Program-made: the position numbers and the translations under genes | Shown here: one piece after another, positions 1-12,000 of the stretch | Position numbering within the stretch: position 1 is the first letter of the stretch | Layout: the number at the start of each line of letters is the position of its first letter | From: Histomonas meleagridis 2922-C6/04-290x | Taxonomy: Eukaryota; Protista; Parabasalia | Reading direction: 5' to 3' | Length of the DNA stretch: 64,000 bases | Assembly: GCA_020184695.1 (NCBI GenBank) | Contig: JAANOX010000047.1 | Coordinates: 1-64,000 of the forward strand | The notes under the pieces: generated by a model | The model's database searches: none | What the model saw: only the letters and a program-made list of their open reading frames with translations | What the model was told of the DNA's origin: nothing

Positions 1-192
1 TTTGCCATCGGCAAATGTAAATCATGTGAAAATGACTATCATATAACGAGATATATTAATTTTTGTCATTTTCCTTTTGCGTTAAATTATTCAAAAAATG
101 CTCATTTACTCCGTTTCGTAAAGGGTTCACTTTTTGGTTATTTTTTAACCCTTGAAATTTTAATGGTACTTTTTTGATAAAAATAAACATAT

Positions 193-1317
193 TCATAAAG
201 CATCTTCGTCAATTTCATCATAAACTATTTGTTCTTCTAAATTCTTATGATATTTATCAAATCTTTCATAAACTTCTGGTAATAAATTATATACTTTAAA
301 TACTTTTCCATCAATCCTTTTTGCAGAAGCATTTCCAGTGAATTTTTTCATATTTGCAATAAAAGTCCTTGAACTGCAACTGTTGAATTTATTTTTTTCA
401 ACAAAATCACAATATAAATTAAATAAATCAGGACCTGTTATGTTTTTTATTTTTTCGTAATTGTCTCTAGCGAATATCTCATAACTTGACATTGAAGCTT
501 CTTTTATATTTTCTTTTGCTTCACTGTTCGGAATTCTTCTTAAATTTACTTTCGACACATCCATTAACATGAAAAATGTAAATAAATTTTCATAAAATTC
601 AGGTGTAAATGAATCAGCAAGTTTTGAGAAATAATCAAAATCTTGTAAATGCTTATCACTTGTTTTTGTTACAACATATCTTCTATCATAACTTTCAATC
701 TTTATTGGAACATCATTATTCGATACCATTATAAAATTCGCAACATTATTTTTTCCTGTTCCTTGATTTCCTAATATAACTAAAGCAACTCCAGTTTTAA
801 AATTTGGTTTTTGAAGAATGCTTGCGATCCAAATTAGAATATATCTATAAATTTCTTCATTACCATTTGCTATTACTTCTCTGACGTGATCTAAAAATGG
901 TTGTATAATTTCTGTTTTTACTTTATCAAGCTTTTTATAATCATGACCTCTAAAGTAAGAAAAAATTTGAGGGTCTTCGGAATAAAATTTTAATGCTTTT
1001 ACCGTAAATATTTCTGTATTTTCTAAATATAAATTTCAAGCGGAAACGTTTTTTGTTTTATTTCCTTCGGTCCTTCTCCCAATAATTATTTTCTTTAGCT
1101 TTTGTTTTGCAACGTTTTCTGATGTATAACTTACTTTAACATAATCATTCACTGCGTCATAATCTTTAAACATAAATACTTCAGGTGTTGAATCACATAC
1201 TAAAAAACATTTCTTTAAATCATTTATTGCTTCATCTCCGTTTAAATCATAGTTTTTATTTTTTCTAATGTCCATTAAACAGAATTTGTCGTTTATATCG
1301 ATTGTAACTTCTGACAT
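193..1317 (-). pseudogene. Maverick/Polinton-type D5-like (SF3) primase-helicase, disrupted
   Basis: ORFs 1036..1317 and 193..729 are one reading frame broken only by TGA at 1036-1038. Manual translation between them gives ...FLDHVREVIANGNEEIYRYILIWIASILQKPNFKTGVALVILGNQGTGKN-NVANFIMVSNNDVPIKIESYDRRY, i.e. Walker A plus the SNN/DRR motifs of D5-like helicases. Confidence 0.85.
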
Positions 1318-1369
1318 CTTTTTAGTTGCATTAAAAAATCAAATCACTACTTCAAAACTAGACTTAATT

Positions 1370-1477
1370 TATAACCTGTAACGTAACGTAACCTTGGTTT
1401 TTGCATCTCATGTTCTTTATTCTTCTTCTTTTTTCCAAATTGTTAAAATTACAGGTAACGTTACGTTACAAGTTATA
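1370..1477. repeat. 25-bp imperfect inverted repeat with 58-bp spacer, upstream of the helicase
   Basis: tataacctgtaacgtaacgtaacct (1370-1394) is the reverse complement of aggtaacgttacgttacaagttata (1453-1477) with 2 mismatches. Confidence 0.9.
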
Positions 1478-1699
1478 GTTAGATTTTTCGCACATGCTTA
1501 TTTTAAACTTGACCGTTAATCCTAATTTTCAATCATCCTCTATCGTTAATGCTTTTTTTTATGTAGCGCGGGATTGAGCAAGTGCGCAGCACGAAGCTCA
1601 AATAGCGCTCTGTGTGTGTGTGTAATTTAGCCTTTAAAGAATATTATATTAGATATAAATGTTCCTACGACGCTATTTATCAGTATAGAATTTAAAGCA

Positions 1700-2450
1700 A
1701 TACTGATAAAATCCAAGATATTTATAATCCTAGATATGAATGGTTTATGTTATATAATAGTTTATCGTACGAGGCTAATACCGGTAATGATTGCTTTACC
1801 ACATTTTGATATAAATTGGAAATGGCTTAATAAAATCAACAAATGGTTGAAATTGAAATAAAAATATATTTGAGAAAATATTTTTCCAATTGTTTGAGAT
1901 AAATTCCTTCAATTTTTGAGGATTCTTACAAATTTCAATTAAATCGATGTTTTTGATAGCTTTTCATAATCAATTCTTTCAATAATACCATCTTCTTTAA
2001 TTTTGAACTTTGGTCTAAAACGAATTGTATCAATTGTGATTATATCATAAACCCTCGAATTCTCATCGATATTAAATTTTTTAAATGTTTTCGTAATGAT
2101 AATAGGAACGTTGTTAATGTTTCCAAAAGATTGAGTTAACTCATCTATTTCTTTACCGAAATAATTTCTTAAAGTTTTCAGTAAATGTAATGAAAAACTT
2201 TCCGAAATGTTTCATGGCAATTTTCTGATATTGTTTTCAGCTCAAAACTATAAGATAGCGTTTCATGCAAGTAACGTTATGCATTAGGACGATTATTTTG
2301 TTTTCTATGATATTATAATAAATTAAATCTAATTTGGAATAAATATCTGATATTTCAAAATGTAAATTTTTATCATATAATGCAATTTTTTTTTTGAAAT
2401 TTTGTATATTCAATGTCAATGCATTGTTTTGCTTTTTTAATTTCAGGTTT
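1700..2450 (-). mobile_element. Heavily decayed P-element-like transposase remnant
   Basis: Broken minus-strand frames read IITIDTIRFRPKFKIKEDGIIE and IFLFQFQPFVDFIKPFPIYIK. These parallel LSIDAMKVDEDLILDKNG and MFVFTICPHFATPSFPIHV in ORF 30334..31068. Confidence 0.4.
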
Positions 2451-3742
2451 TTGTTTTTTGAACGCGTATATCAAGATTTGCAAGTTTTATTTCGTTTATG
2501 ATAAATATACTCAAAATAAACGGTTTTTGGTAAAAAGCTCCAATAAAGTTCACAATGAATTGTATCGGTAATTCATTTTTATGAACATGTGAACTTTTTT
2601 GAAATTATAAATTCGTAGTTTATTAATGTTAAATTATTTCTAAAACTGCATATTGAAAAAAAATTAAAAAGCATATAAATGCAATTGCTTGTATCTACTA
2701 TATTTGAGTATTATTACTATTGTAGGAATTTTTAGCTCAGTATTTAGTTTTTTTGTTTAAATGTGCTAATAAATTTATGAAAATATCAATTTCTTCACGA
2801 AAAGGAATGATATTCATACATTGCAATATAATACAAAATATATACATAAAATAAGGGATTACAAAAATCATGATGGTAAAAATATTTTTTTGTCTAATTT
2901 TGAATATTCGAATTTTATTGAAATTTTTAGAATACCGGTTATAAATTCTGATATAGATATAACTATTATAAAGAATTTTATATTAATGGATCATATTCAA
3001 TTATTTTAGCTATTCATTGAGATAAAGCAACACAAACAATAAACGGTCTTCGTATTCAATTTGTTTTTACAGCTCTTATTAATGTATCATATTCCAATGG
3101 TTTCAAATCGATTCAAAAAAATAAATTAACAAAATAATAAGGAAGTAATTGTCGGAATTATTAATTTCATTATCTGAATAAATCAAACTATTCTATAAAA
3201 ACAATGAACAAAATAACAAACATTCAAGAATCTCAAGAAACTCAATGACCTGTGATTAATCAGCATCACCAGCAGTGATTACGCAGTTTTATCATCTTTG
3301 GAAAGCGAATAGATGAAAATAAATGATTCTCATATCACTGCGGCTGCTAAAATCGGTGATAAATTTCTTATCGATTATTTTCTTGTATATGATCAATTCC
3401 AAAATATATTATAGTACAAGCTTCATTGTTTATAATGAACATCCAATTAGTGTTTTGAATTTCTCCGATTTATATCATATTATTCACAATTATTTATTTT
3501 TTTGATATATATTATTTCATATATTGATTCAAATTAATATATTATTAAATTATGTTATTTGTTATTTATTTTAATCTCATCTAAATTATTTTGGATATCG
3601 ATAATATTAATATAAAATTGAATAATTCATTAAATTTAATTATCAATAATTCACACATATTTCTTGTTCTAATAAAAAAAAATACATACTTTCATTTGAT
3701 TTTTAGTTTGACTTTATGTTGATGGACATAATATTCAATGGA

Positions 3743-4679
3743 TTATATCATTTTCTCTATGTTCTTCAAGTATATTAATACCTTAATTTCAGAAATCATA
3801 TGAATAATTTCTTTTTCTTCATATATCAAAGCTCGCATTTCATTATTTATGATCAAATTGATGCAGATTTTTTTGCATTCTTCTATATTGCTTTGTAATG
3901 ATCTTGCTAAATAACTGATTTCGACTTCATTGAGAGCACAACAAAAATCAACAACAATTGCACATTGAAGTACAAACTTTCGTATATCTTTCAATATATC
4001 ATTGAAGATTTCATCAACATATATTTTTTTCACTGATCCTAATCTATCAATAATGAACAATACTATATCTCTTTAATCATATGCAGCAGCCGAATTATAT
4101 ATAAGTGCAATTAATCAATGTGAACAAAATTTTTGAATCTCTGGCATTATTTTTCTTTTTTTTGCAATTGACGCATCATTTCCGTTTTTTGATATAATTA
4201 ATATTTACATTCAAAGCTGGTACTGTAACTCTTGCACCACCAAGTTGGGGAATTTGTTGAACTGTATTAAGAAATTTTTCAGTTAGATTGATTATCTTTT
4301 CATCATTTCCAATCCTTGCGGCAATTGGTTCAAAAAGAGACATGGTACTTGTAAATGATCTATTGTTTAACTGCGTGTTTACGACTTTATTTATTATGAT
4401 TTTACTCGGGATATCTTCAAACTTATATTCCATTGTTGAATCATAAATTAATAGACGGTGCGGTATATCTTTTATATGTATTAATATATTATCTTTGCTT
4501 GTTTTTTGCCTCTGTAACAATTTACATATACAAGGGAGTTCATATTCAGTAAAATTATAGTAATCACAATTATTTATCATATCATTGACTTTTGTCATAT
4601 CGTTCGCGACAAATAACATACAAACACTCTTCAATTGATTTAATACTTCATTTAGGTTTTCTATTGCTATAGTTCCCAA
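3743..4679 (-). other. Two unassigned co-oriented ORFs (167 aa and 105 aa), probably element-derived fragments
   Basis: Open frames of 167 and 105 codons in very AT-rich DNA; no motif recognised. Confidence 0.25.
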
Positions 4680-4953
4680 TTAGTCTACATCACATTTTTC
4701 TATTGCAATATTCTTATTTTTTCTAACTTTTTTGTAGTGATTTTCCCTTTGCATTTCAGCCCATATGTCGAAAAATACAAGGTAGTTTTAATATTTTATG
4801 ATACATTATGTTTTTTATATTACCAAAAGCACCTTCTATTTTATTCGTGATTAAAACAATAGCTATTAAAATATCTTCTTAATAATGACAATGAATAACC
4901 CATCTCGATGATAATTCGCTAAGTGTATTCTCAATGGAAACATTTTTTATCTC

Positions 4954-5200
4954 TTATGATATAACTATCCTCCAAATATTATAAAATTGTCTTGCGTTTA
5001 TAGTTAGATTAAGCTTTCGACGAGTCATCCCAGGTGATAATCCAATCTTTCGGAAATTTATAATTTCTTCCCTATATTCATTTGTCAAAAGACGTATCTG
5101 CCCATATGTAGTAACATCAATATTATGATTGTGGTCCAAAAACCTTCGGAAAATTTCCATTGTTAATGTCGCCCTTTAAGATAAAAAAGGCACCACAAGG
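4954..5200 (-). mobile_element. Possible MULE/FAR1-like transposase N-terminal fragment
   Basis: C-G-A ... DHNH followed by LTNEYREEIINFRKIGLSPGMTRRKL resembles the Zn-finger end and following helix of Mutator-type transposases. Confidence 0.35.
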
Positions 5201-5217
5201 CTCTGTAGGCCTATGAA

Positions 5218-5877
5218 ATGGACAAACGAAATGAAATACATAATTTATATTATTTTTTTATAAGTACTGGAGAAAAATCCGGTATTTATGACTCAAAACG
5301 ACCTGGAGCATTTCTTTCAGGTCTCGAGAAACTCGACAAGAAGAAATACGATCCTAAGTTCCAAGCCTTTTTAATATATTATTCAAATACAAATCATTCT
5401 TGTTTTATTATTTCTTATTTCCAAGCGATTCTTGTTGTAGAAGAAATTATTAACTAAATTAAATCACATAGTAATAATAAACATACTAGTTAAAAGAATT
5501 ATTGATCAAATCGAAAGTACTAAATCTTATAATATTATACGACTGAAAAATTTTATTCAAAAATTGGACGGTTGAATGAATTTTTATTTTTAATTCGAAT
5601 TACAGGCCATGTAAATATATGGTAGAAGATTGTGATGGATGTTTTCATTATAAGTTGTGTAGTATTTGCTACCACATGTGGAAACTCTGCTGAAAGTGGG
5701 CATTGGAAAACAATCAGAAACGTTTTAAATCATTGGATTATATGTGATAACAATCGGGTGGATGCCATTGAATCGATTAATTATCTTAATAATGAACTTA
5801 TAAAAACACGAGAAGAGATTACCCGAAATGTAGTATTCTTAATTTATACATCATGTGAATATCAAGAATCAAATTAA
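5218..5877 (+). pseudogene. Decayed compact USP-like (C19-type) cysteine protease
   Basis: Cys-box-like NTNHSCFIISYFQAIL (~5386-5433), His-box-like SCVVFATTCGNSAESGHWKTIRNVLNHWIICDNNRV (~5653-5760) and terminal VVFLIY. Stop codons separate the two boxes. Confidence 0.55.
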
Positions 5878-6602
5878 CATTATTTTTGGATTATTAATAA
5901 AAACATTGATATCATACATCAGTCAGAAGTAATAATGAATCCTAATGGAGCATCAAAATATCAATTAAAGTTGCATGAATTTGCTCAAATGCCATTTTTG
6001 GTTCAAAATTCATCCCCATCATGATTAGCAACTTTATATATTGCTGGGGGAGAAATTCCTAAAACAATCATAGGAAGACCACCAGATCCAGAATGGTCAT
6101 TATTTACTAATTCATTAAAGTTGGTGAAAAAGTTTTGTTGAATGACTCATGGAAAATAAGCGATTCAGGGATAGCAAATAAAGATGCAACATGGGTGAAA
6201 TTAAACAATCCGAGATATTGTCAATTTGATTATAATGCTCAAATTAAAAAAAAAAATAATATCTATATATAATTATATTATTATATGAGTTAACGGTCGT
6301 TCATGACAAATGAAATGGTATAATATTTAAACGAATTCATAGAAATTCGATATCGAAGAAAGTCATGAAGAAGAATTTTATTAATATTATAATGGCTTAT
6401 CAGTCATAATCCTATTTGAAGTATGAAATAATTTTTTATATGTTTATTTATTTAGTAAAATGCCTAACAGTCACTCAATACCAATTTTATTTGGAAAATT
6501 GACGGTAAAAATGTTCTTTGATATAAATATCATTTTATACTGTATTATTATTATTATAAACATATAAAAATATAATTACCAACATGTCATTGATAATATA
6601 TA

Positions 6603-7888
6603 GGGGGGACGGAAATGTTTTATCCTAAATATAATAGAATCGAAATAAAAAATTTTAATTATTTTTTTTAGGTTTACTTATGATAGTAGTCACCTTTGTT
6701 CTTTATCACCCATTGACATCTTTTAACCCATTCTTCAAAAACTTTTGCTAAAGTATTCTTTGAAATTTCACACGAAATTTCAGTTATTTTATCGTGCAAT
6801 TGTTGAAAATCATCGAATTTTTCTCCTTCTAGTCGATTTTTTAAAAAACCGAATAAAAAGAAATCTGAAGGAGCAAGATCTGATGAATATGGTGGCTGTG
6901 GAGCTATTTTAAAACCATTATCAACCAAAAATTTAGTTGAAGCATTAGAGGTATGGAAAGATGCATTATCGAAATGTGAAACATATGGGAAATCATTAAG
7001 CTTTTTTCTTTGTGGGTATACAATTTGCTTCAAGGGTTTAATTATATTATCAATTCAATACTCTGAGTTAAATTCTTCACCATCTTTCATAATATCAACT
7101 ATAAAGAATTGATCAATATTCCAAAAGATAGTTACCATATATTTTATCGTGTCAATTTTCGTATCGATAATATCATGTAAATTATCTCCTGATTGTGACC
7201 ACATATGCTTGTGATCATATGATAAGAAAAACCATGATTCATCCCCAGTTATGATTCTATGGAAACCTTTTCTCTTACTAACTTCTAAGATATCAAGAAG
7301 CTCAGTTGCTTTTCACACTCGTTCTTCTTTCATTTCACATGTCAGTTCATATGAAACCACTTATAAATTATAATAATGGAAGCCTAATTTATTGAGGTGA
7401 TCATTTATGGTGGATCGTGGTATAGATAAGGCTTCACTTAATGTATATGTCGAATGAAATGGTTCCATTTCGAGTGCAGCCTAAATTTTTGAATCAATGA
7501 AATCAAGTACTGGTCTTCCTGAACTTTGAATGTTTGTTATTTCAGATCTCCCTAATTTAAATTGATGCACCCAATATTTTATGGTATTAATATCGAGTGC
7601 ATCTTGGTGATAAAAATCATCTAACTCTTGTTTAATTTGGCTGAGTTTAAAGCCTTTTCTTTTCAGGAAACATATGACTGCTCTTTGTTCGACTTCCATA
7701 AAAATGAAAAATGTCTGAAAAGAATGACAATATGAAAGTTTATTTTTGACATTTTCTTGATATATAAAATATTTCTGATCTCAGAAATTTTGTCATTATT
7801 ATTACGCTCTTTTGTATTTTTATATATACGATTTTTATTAAAAAAAAATAAAAGGATCATATTTAGGATAAAACATTTCCGTCCCCCC
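6603..7888 (-). mobile_element. Full-length mariner (DD34D) element, 1286 bp, transposase inactivated
   Basis: Perfect 30-bp TIRs (ggggggacggaaatgttttatcctaaatat at 6603-6632 and its reverse complement at 7859-7888) with TA on both sides (6601-6602, 7889-7890). Motifs ITGDESWF, HFDNASFH and PPYSSDLAPSDFFLF, with 34 residues between the last two Asp. In-frame stops and frameshifts lie between 7483 and ~7040. Confidence 0.95.
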
Positions 7889-8199
7889 TATATCATCAAA
7901 AATTTAATTGAATATTAATAAAATAAAGGGTAAACGAAATACAGAAAATATGATGATTCAAATCGAATGTTGTAAAGTTCACAATATAAAATTTATAATC
8001 GATAAATTAAAATATTTAAAAGTTAAATTAATTTAATACACACTTTATTATTTTGAACTAATATAACATATTATCATTTAGAAGAATAAAAAATATATTG
8101 AGTATTAGGAGATAAAAGATGAATATAATTATAAAGCATGAATTTTAAAATAAAGTGGAGTAATGATTTTATTAAGATATCTCATTTTTATTACAAATG

Positions 8200-9254
8200 A
8201 GTTCAAAATTTTGTATATGAACTTAATCGTCAATATCGTGAACGATCAGATTTTCGGAAGACGATAGACGGGGATAGGTTTTTATAATTTGAAATTTCAA
8301 TTGAAAATAATCAAACAATTTAAGGTTTTGCATCAGATTTTATGTTACAAAGAGTACCTGAATCAAGTATTATTTAAATAGATGGCACATTCAAAGTTTC
8401 TTTAGAAAATACTTATCAATTAATTATTTTTATTGGAAGAACAATATATATGAGTCTTTCATTATTTTATCTGATACTCCCGGATAAAAAAGAAAGTACG
8501 TATAATTTATCATTTACTTTCTATTTAAATTGTTTACAACAATTTGATTATAATTTTATTGAAAATGTGAAATTTATATGTGATTTTGAACAAGCATTAA
8601 TAAATGCAATTATTAACAATTCAATACAAAATAATTATTATTTACGATTGTGTTATTTTCATTTCACGCAAACATTAAGAAAATATAAAGTTACATTAAA
8701 ATAAGAACAAAATGAAATAGGAATTGGTTTACTTAAAATTATTAATTACATCCACTTATAGATATTAATTCTGCATCACAATTTATGAATTTTCTTCCTC
8801 GACTTAATGGTATTAATGAAAGTTTGAACAATTTTATTTTTCTATTTTTGTGAAACTTATACAAAAACATTCTATATAAACTATTGGAACTGTACTGGTA
8901 AACCATTAAAAGGAAGAGTTATAAATAATGCAAATGAGAGTTTTAATAAAAAATTATATAATTACATTAATACATCAAAACTATCACTACATGAATTTTT
9001 CATTTATTTACAAACATCAGAAAATTCATTAAAAAACAGGTATCTTAATCATCAAAAAGAAAACAATATTGGAAGTAAATATGAGGAAGGACCATTTCAA
9101 TAATCAAAATATAGCATTCATTTCAAATTTGAATAATATAAAGAAAAAATATCAAATTTTTCAGCAAGCATTACAATATGAAAATACATTTGATTTTGGC
9201 ATCAAAGAAAATCAATTAGAATTTAGAGATATAAATAACGATGCAAATGTTTAA
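8200..9254 (+). mobile_element. MULE (Mutator-like) transposase remnant
   Basis: IDGTFKVSLENTYQL (from 8378, in frame with ORF 8450..8704), LILPDKKESTY, CDFEQALINAI, CYFHFTQ and NNANESFN (~8925); frameshifted. Confidence 0.8.
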
Positions 9255-10608
9255 TAAAGAAAAGATATTATCGATGAATGAAAAATCTAAAGAAAATTGT
9301 TAACCAGTAATTCCTGAAGATCTTTTAATAAGATACAAAAATGCGAAAGATGGATAATTCAAAAAACGCATAATGAGAAGAATTTCGAATTGTAGAGGAA
9401 AATGGAAAGATCCTTTTATTTTGAGAATACACATGGAAATAGAAGTAAGATAAATGGAAAGATCTAAAAAACCAGGTAGGGTGGAATAATTAAAAAGTTC
9501 AAGTAAAATTTAAACGATGAAAAAAAATTAATCATTTTAGTATCGAATTAATGAATAATGTATAATGTGAACGATTATACATTACATTATATATTATACA
9601 TTACATTATATATTATACATTACATTTTATAAAGTGTGTTTAATAAACAAAAGTTATTAATATAAAATTAAAATTAAATCATTATTCGCTTACAAAATTC
9701 AAGTATTATTTTTTGCTAATCTGACATTTCATATTTTATCAAAATTATCCTGACAAAAATAGGAAGTATCCAAAAAAAAATTGAATAGGTGATATTTTCC
9801 CACAATTCCTAGTAATTTGAATACTCATTCAAAAATGGCATCATGAAAGAGAAAAATTTTCTAAATAAAATCATATACATAGAATATTTTAATAAAAATA
9901 ATATACCACCATATGTTTTAACATATGGATAATTTGATTATGATATTTATTTTTTAAAATTTTTTTACTTTTTTTAATCTGCATTAATTACATCAAAAAT
10001 TATTTTTTCTTCATTATATGCCATAAAATATTTTCTACTTATATATATTATGTTTTTGATATTATTATTTTAAAATAAATAATTTTATTTTTTCAAGAAT
10101 TTTTTAATTTTAAAATTTTTGATTTTTTTCTTGTTATAATTATACAACAGTTCAAAAAGTCAAAAATTGAGTCAATAACCGTCCGAAAGTGTGTATGTTT
10201 TGGGTATTTTTAAGTCACCCCCTATTTTTAGCTTTTTCAATATATGGCGATCAAAACCTGCGCATTGTACGAAGTGAAATCAATGGTTTACTTCGTTAAG
10301 AGCCCAGCCCAAAAAATGACTTTTTGTATGATTTACTAAAATGATTTTGTGGAGTCTGTTCGGCCAATTATACCACTTTTTGAATGAGTATTCAATGTGT
10401 GACGGTCGTAAAATATACCCTTTAATCAATACATAAACTGTACCAGTCGATGCATAATGTACATTGCTAATTAGCAATCCCTTTAGTTTCATTAAGATGA
10501 ATTTTGGATCGATATTTGGTCCAACGGATTTTGGAGGACATGTTTGGGATATTAATTTTTTCATTTAAATTTTATTGGAGTAATATGACATTTTTTGATT
10601 CCCGACGG

Positions 10609-10733
10609 TTAAAAGTGGACGATTTTTAGTGTCCAACGGACGACATTAATGCTCAAAAGACGAAAATATTTTCGTGTTAAAAAGTGGACAATTTTTAGCT
10701 TCCAATGGTCAAATTTTTAATTCCAGCACTGTA
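10609..10733. mobile_element. Orphan Tc1-like terminus with subterminal direct repeats
   Basis: The reverse strand reads TA-CAGTGCTGGAATTAAAAATT from 10733, a Tc1-type CAGTG end. Two ~28-bp direct repeats aaaagtggac(g/a)atttttag..tccaa lie at 10609-10636 and 10678-10705. No partner TIR was found. Confidence 0.45.
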
Positions 10734-11379
10734 TTATATTATCGTCCTAATGTCATAGATGGGATATGAAAATCATTATATATATTTTTTACGCAAAACA
10801 CCATATATACAATCATTATGTTAGGATATAATATTTTTTCAACAATATATTTTTCAACAATTATTCACAACAATAAATTGTCCGACCACGTCCTTTATAA
10901 ATAGGTATTATTAAAATAATTTACTACGCAACAATATAATATATACAATATTATAACGTTAGAATTTATGCGTGTTGCGAACTTAAGGGTATGAAAAAAA
11001 TTACAGACACGATGTTTTTATGTAATTTTATAAGTGTTGCGAAAATGCGTGTTGCGGGTAAGTTTTATTAGAAGTTGTATGCCCTAGGACGACCGTGGAC
11101 ATCGTGGACATGCCGGACATATTATAATTTTCATCAATTTCTTCGTATTTCTACAATATTCATTTAATCATATATATACTACATCATTATGTTAGGATAT
11201 AATATTTAAAAAAGATTAACTTTTTTATTTTACTGTGCGAACGCAGTGAGTGAAGCTTGAGCCACGATATGGCGATATGACACACGCCGAGCGAAGCGAA
11301 GTGGGGGGTGAAACCAAGTGGAATTCCCCTGTGTGTGTCAAGTCCCCATAGAGCTTCTATCGGATTCATTATAAAATAT

Positions 11380-11622
11380 TTTAATTTACTTGATAAATGG
11401 CCATCAAATTCGCCAGATTTAAATGTAATCGAACATTTATGGGATTTTGAATCAAAAAGTTGAAGAAGTAAATCCCCCAGATCTAGATGCACTTATTGAC
11501 ACAATTATCGAGGCATGTGAATCAATAAGCATCACAACAATCAATAATTTAATAAGGAGTTTCGAAAATAAAATGTGCATTATTTTCAAAGCTCAATGGT
11601 GAATTCATCAACAGTCATTTTA
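11380..11622 (+). mobile_element. Tc1-family transposase C-terminal remnant
   Basis: LLDKWPSNSPDLNVIEHLWD at 11386-11445. Confidence 0.7.
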
Positions 11623-12000
11623 GTGATATCATAGATATGCCAACAAAAGAATATTTAGAAGTTGCAGGTACCCTCGAAGATGAATTCCAAAGTGTCATAC
11701 TTAGTAAATTTACTACTGAAGAAGTAGAAAATGCATACGAAGAAACAATAGTGAAAATTGAAGAAGAACCAAATTGGACAGAAAAACTTGATAAAAGGTA
11801 ATATAAATCAATAAGAATATGATCACTATTGGGCTAACCCAAAAATTTTCTTGTGGGCTTAAGGAGAAGCTATAATTACGATATTTCTATTGAGTTGTAA
11901 AAAATATATTATGATATTATCGAGATATTTTCATTCTCTGCAAAAATACTTTCAACACATATCTGGTCGGACCCCATGAACTCTAGTTTTACTTATTCTC

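Noticed and set aside
1036-1038. In-frame TGA at a likely Trp position, suggesting UGA=Trp recoding (the intact genes checked all end in TAA)
   Set aside because: The long intact ORFs, including 5617 codons of the talin-like gene, contain no in-frame TGA and use TGG. A G-to-A decay mutation is the simpler explanation.
1611-1623. (TG)n tract as a telomeric repeat
   Set aside because: Only about 6 dinucleotide units, internal, and not a telomere-type repeat.
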